From assembly GCA_964016885.1 (NCBI GenBank), contig OZ024740.1:338582001-338646000 (forward strand): a stretch of 64,000 bases of DNA, written 5' to 3'. The position numbers were made by a program, and so were the translations under genes. The notes under the pieces were generated by a model. The model worked only from the letters and a program-made list of their open reading frames with translations. It was not told the DNA's origin and made no database searches. Below are positions 1-10,713 of the stretch, piece after piece; within the stretch, counting starts at the first letter, position 1; every line of letters starts with the position of its first letter. Source of the DNA: Eledone cirrhosa (lineage: Eukaryota).

Positions 1-12
1 ATATATATATAT

Positions 13-98
<86 letters not shown>

Positions 99-138
99 AG
101 GAAGTTATAGTTCACTTGAAGCATTGTGTAATGAGGTA

Positions 139-490
139 TAAACGTTTCTATATGTATAATAAAACCAAAACAGTGCAGGTATGGACATAGAATAAAGAAT
201 GCAAATGCAAAAGATATTGTTGACAATTAGTCTTTTACCTTAGATTTATTTAAATGTCCTTAATTTTCGAGATAATATCTCTTCTTCAGCATGACTTGGC
301 AAGCTATTTAGAACACTGGTTTAACCGCTTTACTTCCCCCCGAAAAAGAGATATCTCGAAAATTAAGGATATTTAAATAAATCTAAGGTAAAAGACTAAT
401 TGTCAACAATATCTTTTGCATTTGCATTCTTTATTCTATGTCCATACCTGCATTGTTTTGGCTTTAGTATACATATACAAACATTTATAT
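139..490. repeat. Long inverted repeat between (TA)n tracts; probable Penelope-type pseudo-LTR pair with degenerate hammerhead core
   Basis: Arms ~139-289 and ~339-490 are reverse complements. Minus strand 289-261 reads CTGAAGA-a-GAGAT-att-ATCTC-GAAA-at-TA; stem I is poor. Confidence 0.7.
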
Positions 491-523
491 ATATATAAAT
501 ACCATATTTATTTTTTGATACCC

Positions 524-688
<165 letters not shown>

Positions 689-771
689 TGAAAAATAACC
701 GAGGTGTCCTACACGAGTGAAAGTATAAAGAAAAAAGGATGAAATCGAAAATGCAACTGGGGTCTTATTTA

Positions 772-808
<37 letters not shown>

Positions 809-903
809 TTGGTTCATTTACCGGTTTCGCAGTTCTTCTGCTTTTCAAAAGTCGAGTTGAGATGGAGGGTCTGTGGTTTTTCTCACATATTTTTTTCTTT
901 ATA

Positions 904-943
<40 letters not shown>

Positions 944-1277
944 AAAGTTCTATTTAAATTGTTGGGATACAACAAGCAAATATTTTTATAACTGATATAA
1001 AGCACTCGACAAATATTTGGAGTAGATATATGATATTAATAAATGGAAACTATATTTATAAAACCATATTTATTTCATTATATATATTTCAAGGATACCA
1101 AGTTAAATTATGGTATGCCTTCAAAATACAATATATAACAAGTAAGTATGTTTTGAAACAGTGAGCGAGTTTGAAATTAGAAAATATATAGCTTTCACCG
1201 TATTTTTTTTTAACTAAAGGAATTTTAGCTTGATAACGGGGTTTAGAACCCTCAGATAAATGGAAAAATATGAGTAT

Positions 1278-1348
1278 TGACGTACATGGGAGTCGAACCC
1301 ACATCGGTGGTTATCGCGACCACTGTGCTACCATTACACCAACACATC
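1278..1348 (-). tRNA. tRNA-like cloverleaf, non-canonical anticodon loop (pseudo-tRNA or Pol III cassette), copy 1
   Basis: Reverse complement of 1524-1594; anticodon stem GTGGT/ACCAC fully paired; A box and B box intact; followed by T5. Confidence 0.65.
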
Positions 1349-1523
1349 ACCCGTCTCTTTCCATTCAAATTAGAAACAAGCTAAAATTCCTTTAGTTAAA
1401 AAAAAATACGGTGAAAGCTATATATTTTCTAATTTCAAACTCGCTCACTGTTTCAAAACATACTTACTTGCCATTTAAACTCGCTAAGAATGTAGTTTCT
1501 AATTTGAATGGAAAGAGACGAGT

Positions 1524-1594
1524 GATGTGTTGGTGTAATGGTAGCACAGTGGTCGCGATAACCATAGATGTGGGTTCGACTCCCATGTACGTCA
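1524..1594 (+). tRNA. tRNA-like cloverleaf, non-canonical anticodon loop CGCGATA, copy 2
   Basis: GATGTGT TG GTGT AATGGTA GCAC A GTGGT CGCGATA ACCAT AGAT GTGGG TTCGACT CCCAT GTACGTC A; TTTTT at 1604-1608; lacks U33. Confidence 0.65.
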
Positions 1595-1794
1595 ATACTC
1601 ACCTTTTTCCATTTATCTGAGGGTTCTAAACCCCGTTATCAAGCTAAAATATATAACAGTTTTATAAATAGACATTGACGTACCCTTTTAAAAAGTGACC
1701 GTTGCTTTTGGAGACCATCGGGATGGCCTCCAAAAGCAACGGTCACTTTTTAAAAGGGTACGTCAATGTCTATTTATAAAATTGTTATATATTG

Positions 1795-1859
1795 TATTTT
1801 GTCTGATGAAGGCATACCATAATTTAACTTGGTATCCTTGAAATATATATAATGAAATA
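1795..1859 (+). ncRNA. Minimal type I hammerhead ribozyme with palindromic helix III
   Basis: TATTTTGT-CTGATGA-[AGG..ATACCA/TGGTAT..CCT]-GAAA-TATATA-TA-ATGAAATA; stem I 8 bp including G-U pairs. Confidence 0.8.
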
Positions 1860-1898
1860 AATATGGTTTTATAAATATAGTTTCCATTTATTAATATC

Positions 1899-1934
<36 letters not shown>

Positions 1935-1939
<5 letters not shown>

Positions 1940-2040
1940 TAAATCTGTTATTTTAATAAATATTTGCTCTAGGGTTCTTATATATTTGATATATATTTAT
2001 CCTTATCGAGCCCTCTTTGGGTTGTAGTCTTCACATTTAT
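1935..2040 (+). mobile_element. 3' tail fragment of the Penelope-like family seen at 30.7-32.6 kb
   Basis: Aligns by eye to 32476-32585 (aatctgttat..aataaatatttgc..tatatatttatcct.atcgagcc). Confidence 0.7.
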
Positions 2041-2056
2041 TATTATGACTATTATT

Positions 2057-2660
2057 GCTCTTTGAGTCTCAGTCATTGATATTATTTTACTGGAAAGTTT
2101 GTTGAAATGCATATCAAGCCACTACCTGCAGCCTCAGGCATTCAGACGTATCGGAGGGTTCTTGCTGTTCCCAGCAAGCATGCCTTTTGAAATGTTCCAA
2201 AAAGCGGGGCTGGACTAATCTTCTTTAACCATCCTTGGAAATTCTTGGAGATAGTACCTAGTGCGCCTATGACAATCGGGACGACCTTGATTTCATGGCA
2301 GTTCCAAATCCTTTTTAATTCCCACTTTAAATTCTGGTATCGGTTAATTTTCTCCCTCTCCTTTTCTTGCACTCTCGTTTCAAATGGGCAGGCTACATCT
2401 ACAATTAGGCACGATCTTTTTTTCCTTGTCCAAAAGCCCTATTGTGTTCTAATTTCTTGTCCGTCTGTATCCTAAAATCCCGTAGCACCTTCATCTGATC
2501 GTTTTCTATCACCGACTCTGGCTTATGCTCATACAACTTCTCAGAGTGTGGTAAATTGTTTAGTTTGCATAGATGCCAGTGGATCACTCTGCCTATCACA
2601 TCATGTCTCCAGCCTTTATAGGCTAGGTGTTTACACTCGGATACACTGTGAGCCACAATC
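2057..2660 (-). mobile_element. R4/Dong-type non-LTR retrotransposon family A, 3' fragment
   Basis: RLE C-terminus (RHD, EKINRYQ, VVPIVIGALG); 3' end abuts ATT repeats. Confidence 0.9.
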
Positions 2661-3505
2661 GAAGAAGATCAGCTGTTTGCTCTCTTCCGGAGAACTTTCA
2701 GCCCAGGGCCTACGGATAACTTCCAAAAATCCCTGGCTTGTCAGTGCTACCGGGGAGCGCTGCCGGTTCGAGATAAGCTCTACAGGCACAGAGGTGCCGT
2801 CAGCCGAGCCTGTCCGAGATGCGCGCAGAGCAACGAAACCGTCGTGAACCCACTCGTTCAGTGCCCGAGCATTGCTGACTTGTGGAGCTATGTTGAACAG
2901 TTTCTGTCGCGTGTAGGACTGATTCGGTTATCGACTGAGTCCATTGTGCAGATGGTCTCGCCGTCTTCCTTCGAGGAGGAAGGGCAGGCGGTTTTCATCT
3001 GCCTGGTGGCCATGGCGAAAGAGATTGTGTGTTGGACAAGGTTGAAAGGGTTAAAGACAGACACTTTCCTCTTCGGCGAATCCCTAATTAACTTTTTTCA
3101 AGTTTCACTTGAAGAGGAAAATCAGGGTGGAGAGGCAAGTGCTGCCTTCTAGCAAGTTTGTTGAAAGGTGGGTGAATGTAGCGAGAATGGTCCGAGTGAA
3201 CATACGTCTGTAGTTTGAGAAATGGAAAAATTGAGAGGGGGCGCTTGCCCTGGTGGTCAGGGTGGCCGTGGTCTTTTGTGTGGTTTTCGCCACGAGTAAC
3301 CCTCGGAGGCTTCCCCCTATTGGGGAATTTTTCATTATTTCAATTTTCATTTTTATTGTTTATATATGTTTCTATGTCTTTTTTTCTTTTCTTATATAAA
3401 TAACAAAAATATTTACACCCACAAAACCCACATCGTACCGTCCTGTACCGTCCAGTGCCGTCTGTAATGTTTTTCTTGATGTCAGCCCTTGTGGTCAATA
3501 AAGAA
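2659..3505 (+). mobile_element. Tx1/L1-type LINE, 5'-truncated 3' fragment
   Basis: Homologous to 15312-16129 (C-terminal zinc-finger region, 3' UTR); ends CCCTTGTGGTCAATAAAGAAA then (ATT)n. Confidence 0.88.
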
Positions 3506-3530
3506 ATTATTATTATTATTATTATTATTA

Positions 3531-4810
3531 TATTTATCTTGCTTTATGTTCATACGAGTTATCACCAAGTCACAACCAGTGACCTCAAGAGACAACAAGG
3601 TCCGCCATGTTCAAGAAATAACATACATGCACACACATGCATCTTTAGGTGTTTAGACTTGTGATGTACTTATATTGACAGAATCTTCCTTAGTATATGG
3701 GCAGTTCCCATTAGTACTATCTTATGTATTTCTCCTATACGCGGGTTTCCTGGGATTTGCGATAATTAATCATTAGACCCTTAGGTATCATTCCTAGAGC
3801 TCCTACAACCACTGGTATTGTTATAGTTCTCAATTACCACATTTTTCCAATTTCTATCTCCAGGTCCTTATACTTGCTCAATTTTTCAAATGTTTTTATA
3901 GATACATTCTTGTCTATTGGAACGGACATATCAATTAGCAGGCATACCCTCTTTTTAAAGTCCTTCAGTATTATATCAGGTCTATTTGCATCTATTTTTC
4001 GGTCTGTTAGGATGATAAAGTTCCACAAGATTGAGATGTGATCTTTTTCAAGTATGGGAGGTGGTTGATGCTCCCACCAATTCTTTTGATGGGGCAGGTC
4101 AAAATGCTTACACATTATCCAATGTATGTATTGTGCAGCTCTGTCATGCCTGTTTAGGTATTCGGTTGGAGCTATAGGACTGCACATTGAAATTATATGA
4201 TCAATGGTCTCTGGTTGTTTTTTACACACACGGCATAATGGGCTGCATCCATTTTTTATTATGTTGCTTGGTAATTTTTTGTTGGCAGACACTGATCTTG
4301 TGCTGATATAATCAGTCCTTCAGTCTCCGATTTCAGTCCAGAGGATGCCAGCCACTGATGGGTTAAAGTTTTGTCAACAACAGGATTGTTAATTCTTTCT
4401 GGGTATTTTTCATACAGAGGCTTTTCTTGCCATTTCTTAGCCAGTTTCTGTAGCAGTTCTTTCTTTGCAGTTACTTTTATCTGCTTTGCTTTTTCTGTGT
4501 TTTCCATTTCAGCAGTAAATGGGACTTCTGAAATGTGTAGTCCATTACTGTATCTTTGTGCATCTTTTGTAATGGAGTATGATCTTTTGATGCTTTCGTG
4601 TTTCAAAACGAGTTTGATCATCCAATCATGTGATACCCTTAGATATGTAGATAATCCAATTATTGCAGTTTTCAACGCAATATCTAACTGGATTAACCCA
4701 CGTCCTCCTTCTTTCCTAGGGAGATATATTCTATCTGTATCTGCCTTAGGGTGATGCATTCTGTGCATGGATAAGAATTTTCTAATTTTTGTATCGAGCC
4801 TACGGATCAC
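3531..4810 (-). mobile_element. R4/Dong-type family B, 3' fragment
   Basis: CRVC..HIISMC, RHD and NRPD motifs; near copy of 19658-20930; (ATT)n on both sides. Confidence 0.9.
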
Positions 4811-4875
<65 letters not shown>

Positions 4876-7800
4876 GTTCTTTGAGTGTCAGTCATTGATA
4901 TTAGTTAAGTGGAAAGTTTGTTGAAATGAATATCAAGCTACTACCTGCAGCCTCAGATATTCAGGACGTATCGAAGGGTTCTTGCTGTCCCCAGCATGCA
5001 TGCCTTTAGAAGCGTTCCAAAAAGCGTGGCGGAGCCAATTTTCTTTAACCATCCCTGGAAACTTTTTTGAGATAGTACCTAGTGCGCCTATGACAATCGG
5101 GACCACTTTGACTTCATGGCAGTTCGAAATCCTTTTTACCTCCCACTTTAAGTCCTGGTATCGGTTAATTTTCTCCCTCTCCTTCTCTTGCACTCTCGTG
5201 TCGAATGGGCAGGCCACATCTACAATCAGGCACGATCTTTTTTCCTTGTCCAAAACCACCAGCTCAGGTCTATTGTGTTCCAGTTTCTTGTCCGTCTGTA
5301 TCCTAAAATTCCACAGCACCTTCACCTGATCGTTTTCTATCACCGACTCTGGCTCATGCTCATACCACTTCTCAGAATGTGGTAAATTGTTTACTTTGCA
5401 TAGGTGCCAGTGGATCACCCTGCCCATCACATCATGTCTCCAGCCTTTATAGTGAGCCTGGGCTACACGCGGATACAATTGGTCTATTGTTCTCTCCTTC
5501 AGTACAATTCTGAACATTGTCTCCCTACTGTCGGTCACGTATTTGTGCAGGTTGTTTTTCTCCATCTGAACACATTCCTCTATGCTGATAAGACCTCTTC
5601 CACCTTCAGATCTCTTTAAGTAGAGTCTATCGACATCACTCCTCTTGTGGAACATGTAGATAGTCAATAGCTTCCTAGTCTTCCTATCCATTTGTTTTTG
5701 TTCAGCAACATTACATTTCAGAATTCCCGCACTGTACCTAATAATAGACACAGCTCCGGAATTCACTGCGCTTATGACATTCCTACTATTTAGACGTGAT
5801 TTTAATACGCTCCTTACTCTCCTAATGTACTCAGATCTTATCAATTCCTTCATTTTTTTGTTCTTGATGTCATCTGCCTCCAGAACACCTAAATATTTGT
5901 ATCCTTCTTCAGTGTCAATTTCCAATCTCACCTGTTGGTACCTGGATTCCGTTGCTTCTGCTCAATTTACCCCTCTTCATCACAAGGACTCCACACTTAC
6001 TAATACCAAATTGCATACATATATCATTACTGAAAATACGGACAGTGTCAACAAGCACATCCAATTCCTTCTCACTCTTCCCGAAGAGCTTCAGATCGTC
6101 CATGAAGAGGAGGTGATTGATGGTAAGCTCTCCCTTTCCCAACTTGTATCCTGCTCTCACTTTTCGCAGTATAATGGTCAGGGGTATCAGGGCAAGGACA
6201 AACAACAGAGGGGACAGACTATCTCCCTGGAAGATACTTCTCTTGATCTTCACGCCTCCCAAGGATTCTCCAGCTGATGTTAACTCTGTTTTCCAGGACT
6301 TCATACTTTTGCTCAACAAATGTCTGATGTTATCTGCCACCTTGAAGATCTCTAGGCTTTTGGTGATCCAAGAATGAGGTACCATGTCGAATGCCTTTTT
6401 GTAGTCTATCCATCCCATGGGAAGACTAGTGCGTCTCCTCTTGCAATTCCTCATTACCATCTTATCAATAAGTAACTGGCTCTTTGTACCACGGGACTTC
6501 TTTCGGCATCCTTTCTGTTCGTCCGGTAACAAGTTGTTTATGTGGAGGTGATGGTAGATTTCCTCAGACACAATGCTTGTTAACAGTTTCCACATTACGG
6601 ACAGACATGTGATAGGTCTATAGTTGGTAACGTCATTACCCTTGATTCGGTCTTTCATTACCAGAACTGTGGTACCTTTTGTCAACCACTCTGGCACCTC
6701 ACCTGACATCAAGCAGTCATTGAACATGGTTGTCAGTTTCGGGTGGAGGGATGTTATATTTTTAATCCAATACCCTTGCACATCATCTGGGCCTGGTGAT
6801 TTCCAGTTGGTTAGTTTTTTGGCCTGCCCCTTAAGAGTTTCAACTGTGATACACAAATCAGGTTGTTGGTGTGCCTGTTCACTAATCTCCTTTTGTACTG
6901 TCTCAATCCACACTGCCTAATCATTATGTTTAACATCCTACTCCCATATTCCTCTCCAGAATGTCTTAGTTTGTTCCGCCTCAGGGATCAAGTCGTTGCT
7001 CTTTCTTTCCCTTCAAGCTGTCCAAACAACATCTTCTGGTTGTTGTCAAACATGCGGTTCTGTCTGTACTGACTGGCTCTGCTCTCGTATCGCCTAATCT
7101 TTGCACTCTTTGCTACAATGCGTTGCTTCAGTTCCTCTATGATAATATTTAGCTTTTTCTTCCTAGTTTTGTACTTTATTTCCAGTCTATCTTTAGTGTC
7201 TATGTTTTTTAGTGTTCCATTCAGTAGGGACTCAAGCTTTCCAATGTCATTTCTCATTTCCCTGATTTGACCATTCAGTCGTTTCTTCCACCAAGGTTCT
7301 GATCTTTCTTGTTTGTTGTTTCCTCTCGCTTTTATGCCAAGTAATTTCCTCACCGCATTTGCTGTTGCTTTGAGGATATTGTTGCACTGGTGAAGGCTCC
7401 TCGCCTGAAGGTATGGGATGACTTTGTTTACCTTAGCTGTTGTTTCTTTTAACTTTTTCCTGTCTAGAAATCTTATGTTCATAGGTTTCCCACTATCATT
7501 TTTCATTTCATCTACCACTAAGTTTAGGATATCAACCAAATCTTGTCCTAGCCCGTCAGCATTCATTTCCTCAATGGCCATATCTTTGTTCCAGGTATTA
7601 TTTATTTCAGCATTCAGATCATTGTCTGCTTCGGATGTTTCCTCTGTTCTCTCAACCTCTTCGCCTTAATTTCCCACTGGCTCGTTTGCCTGGCATACTC
7701 CACTCTCCATTTCCAACCTAGTCTCTCTGCTCAGTTCCTCCGGTTCCAGCTCGCTTATTCATCCATTAATTCTTATTACCCGAACCTGCCCGTCCAATTT

Positions 7801-8200
7801 TTGTTCATCTAATTTAAATAGACCAATCTCGTTCCAGATGTTATGCATCCGTTTCCTATAGCCTTTTCCCTTGGGGTTACTCTTCAGGTAACATTACATA
7901 ACAGTTCTATTCAATTCTTTCGTCCAGTTGGTTCTGGTCCCTTTCCTTCTTCCTCCTCCCACACCAGCAGTATTTGGATGACAGCCAGGTCCCTGCTGCT
8001 GGGCCAGGGAGCACAAGCTGGGTGAGAGTCTGTCACATGACATTCCAGTCTCCACTTCACCGTTATTCGAACTGTTTAGGTTCGACATTTAAACACTCAT
8101 ATCGAGGATTAGTGAATGTATGGTTACATAACTACCGGTGATTTCATCACCACCAGTGATTTCATCACCCCCGGTGATTTTAGCGTGGCATTATCACGCT
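4876..8200 (-). mobile_element. R4/Dong-type family A, near full-length, frameshifted pseudo-ORF (start about 8088)
   Basis: N-terminal W..M.CY..S.P..GYRKRM region, RT (QGDSLSPLLF, FMDDLKLF), RLE; internal deletion near 5470; 5' boundary approximate. Confidence 0.9.
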
Positions 8201-8483
8201 GTAGACGAACATAAATAAATAAACAAATAAATAGATAAAAACTTAAAAAAACAAAAATAAACATAAGTTTCATTGTAATGTTTGAATGACTGACTTTTTC
8301 GTTTTTCGTTTTACAAGGCCAGTAATATCGGTTACTAGTGTTGTTGTTGCTGCTGCTGCTAAGGGAAGTAGGGGGTGTTGTGTTCAAAACTTTTGAAATG
8401 TGTGTTTGTTGTTGCGTTTGCTTCTGTCTGTGTTCTGTTCTATAATTTTTCGACTTGTTGCTTATCATTATTTTTGTTTTTTT

Positions 8484-8567
8484 TCCTTTCATCCCTACGG
8501 GGCCGACACAACAAAGCACCTGCAACACACCGGGACAATTGCTGGCCCCGTGCCAAAAGCAGAAACA
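8484..8567 (+). mobile_element. Meta-core SINE 3' fragment, T>C hypermutated
   Basis: Aligns to 55397-55479 with 12 T>C changes among about 16 differences. Confidence 0.8.
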
Positions 8568-8594
8568 ATTATTATTATTATATTATAGTTTAGA

Positions 8595-8786
8595 CAAAGG
8601 GCGTCAATTGGCAGTATCGGTAGAGGGTTGGACGCCATGCTTTGACACATAGAGTTACGGCCTTTGCCATTCTGAGTTCAAATCCCGCCGAGGTTAACTT
8701 TGTCTTTCATCCTAACGGGCGTCGATAAAATAAAGTACCAGTAATACACTGATATAATTGCTAGCCTTGTGCCTATTGTAGAAACA
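8595..8786 (+). mobile_element. tRNA-derived SINE (Meta/MESC-type core), full length
   Basis: A box TGGCAGTATCGG, B box GAGTTCAAATCC, core CTTTCATCCT..GTCGATAAAATAAAGTACCAG; 18-bp TSD ATTATATTATAGTTTAGA (8577-8594/8787-8804). Confidence 0.9.
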
Positions 8787-8863
8787 ATTATATTATAGTT
8801 TAGATTTGACATCGTTTAAACTAAATATTTTGAAAGAGTTTAGAGATACAACATCATTATTTT

Positions 8864-9046
8864 CGGTGGATTGGCAGTATCGGTAGAGGGTCGGACGCCA
8901 TGCTTTCCAGCATAGTTACGTCCCTTTACGATCTGAGTTCAAATCCCGCCGAGGTTGACTTTGCCTTTCATCCTTACAGGGTCGATAAAATAAAGTACCA
9001 GTAATACACTAGGTAATTGCTGGCCTTGTGCCTAAAGTAGAAACAA
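8864..9046 (+). mobile_element. tRNA-derived SINE, same family
   Basis: Same head, core and tail; imperfect TSD ATTATTTT(C)GGTG. Confidence 0.9.
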
Positions 9047-9563
9047 TTATTTTGGTGTTGTTGTTGTTGTTGTTGTTAGCTGTTTGACCGAGTCACTAAC
9101 CCAGTCTATTTATATCTTTTGATATCTTCTTCGCTTCTTTTCATGTGTAGTGGCACCACCACCCCTCTCTTAAGTAGTGAGGGAATAGTGGCGGTAGCGA
9201 TGATGCAGTGGTGGCGGTGGTGAGGGACAGCAGTACTCTAGGGATGGTGCTGGTTTGTATTTGGCTAGATTTTTGTGGTAGTGGTGATGGTGATGGTGGC
9301 GGTGGCGGCGCCGGCGGTGGTGGTGCTGGTGGTGAAGTTATTTGGCTGTTATTTTCTAACCATTTTCTTTTCTGACTATAAAATTTCTGGTACAAAATTA
9401 AATATTAAATTAAATATTAAATATTGGAGCCCTATGCCGTAATGTGATGTGTTGCCACTTCCTGAGAGTTAGACTGATATCTTACGTTTCATTTGTAATA
9501 AGAATTATTCTATCACAATTGTTTTAAATATGTAAAAAAAAAAAAAAAAAATTACATTATTAT

Positions 9564-9964
9564 TGTTCTTCGAGTCTCAGACATTGATGTGATTTAACTG
9601 GAAAGTTTGTTGAAATGAATATCAAGCTGCTACCTGCAGCCTCAGATATTCAGGACGTATCGAAGGGTTCTTGCTGTCCCCAGCATGCATGCCTTTAGAA
9701 GCGTTCCAAAAAGCGGGGCTGGACTAATCTTCTTTAACCATCCCCGGAAACTCCTTGAGATAGTACCTAGTGCGCCTATGACAATCGGGACCACTTTGAC
9801 TTCATGGCAGTTCCAAATCCCTTTTACCTCCCACTTTAAGTCTTGGTATCGGTTAATTTTCTCCCTCTCCTTCTCTTGTACTCTCGTGTCGAATGGGCAG
9901 GCCACATCCACAATCAGGCACGATCTTTTTTCCTTGTCCAAAACCACCAGGTCAGGTCTATTGT

Positions 9965-9968
<4 letters not shown>
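9564..9968 (-). mobile_element. Dong family A 3' fragment (about 400 bp)
   Basis: HNRPDLVVLDK...LRYVLNI; flanked by ATT repeats. Confidence 0.9.
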
Positions 9969-9995
<27 letters not shown>

Positions 9996-9997
<2 letters not shown>

Positions 9998-10390
9998 CTT
10001 GAATCTCAGTCATTGATGTTGGTTAACTGGAAAGTCCGTTGGAATGAATATCAAGCCACTACCTGCAGCCTCAGATATTCAGGACGTATCGGAGGGTTCT
10101 TGCTGTTCCCAGCAAGCATGCCTTTTGAAGCGTTCCAAAAAGCGTGAAGGGGCCGATTTTCTTTAACCATCCCTGGAAACTTTTGGAGATAGTCCCCAGT
10201 GCACCTATGACAATCGGGATCACTTTGACTTCATGGCATTTCCAAATCCTTTTGACCTCCCACTTTAAGTCCTGGTATCGGTTAATTTTCTCCCTCTCCT
10301 CTTGCACTCTCGTGTCGAATGGGCAGGCCACATCCACAATCAGACACGATCTTTTTTCTTTGTCCACAACCACCAGCTCAGGTCTATTGT
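9996..10390 (-). mobile_element. Dong family A 3' fragment (subfamily like 17.2 kb copy)
   Basis: HNRPELVVVDK...IGPFTLFGTLQKACLLG; nearly identical to 17172-17568. Confidence 0.9.
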
Positions 10391-10392
10391 GA

Positions 10393-10442
10393 TTACAGTA
10401 ATGCACTGGGTAATTGCTGGCCTTGTGCCTAAAGTAGAAACA
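10393..10442 (+). mobile_element. SINE 3' fragment fused head-to-head to Dong fragment
   Basis: CAGTAATGCACTGGGTAATTGCTGGCCTTGTGCCTAAAGTAGAAAC then (ATT)n. Confidence 0.85.
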
Positions 10443-10499
<57 letters not shown>

Positions 10500-10713
10500 G
10501 GCGACCTACGTAGTAAATCGTATTATCGTGAGCTCCGCAAAGGTTTGTTATTTTCAGTTGTTTAAAATTGCCATTTATGGAAAATTTTTATTGTTAACTG
10601 TATATAAGTGCATATACATTGTTTTCTGAAAAGGACACTCAAAAAATTGGGGCCTTGAGCCCCAAATTTAAACTTTTATAATTATCAAACAAAAATTTTC
10701 CTTGAAAACAATC

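Larger units (their letters stand above)
1032..1898. mobile_element. Nested inverted-repeat element with hammerhead and two tRNA-like cassettes (non-autonomous Penelope-type derivative)
   Basis: Four inverted pairs: 1032-1140/1782-1898, 1139-1232/1377-1470, 1222-1377/1495-1650 and 1650-1719/1723-1791. Bracketed by (TA)n. Confidence 0.8.

Noticed and set aside
4982-7669. Plus-strand ORFs overlapping Dong elements
   Set aside because: Antisense shadows of the retrotransposon frame.
8210-9540. Low-complexity Pro/Thr/Asn-rich minus-strand ORF pieces between the SINEs
   Set aside because: Resembles LINE ORF1-type sequence but has no diagnostic motif; left unassigned.
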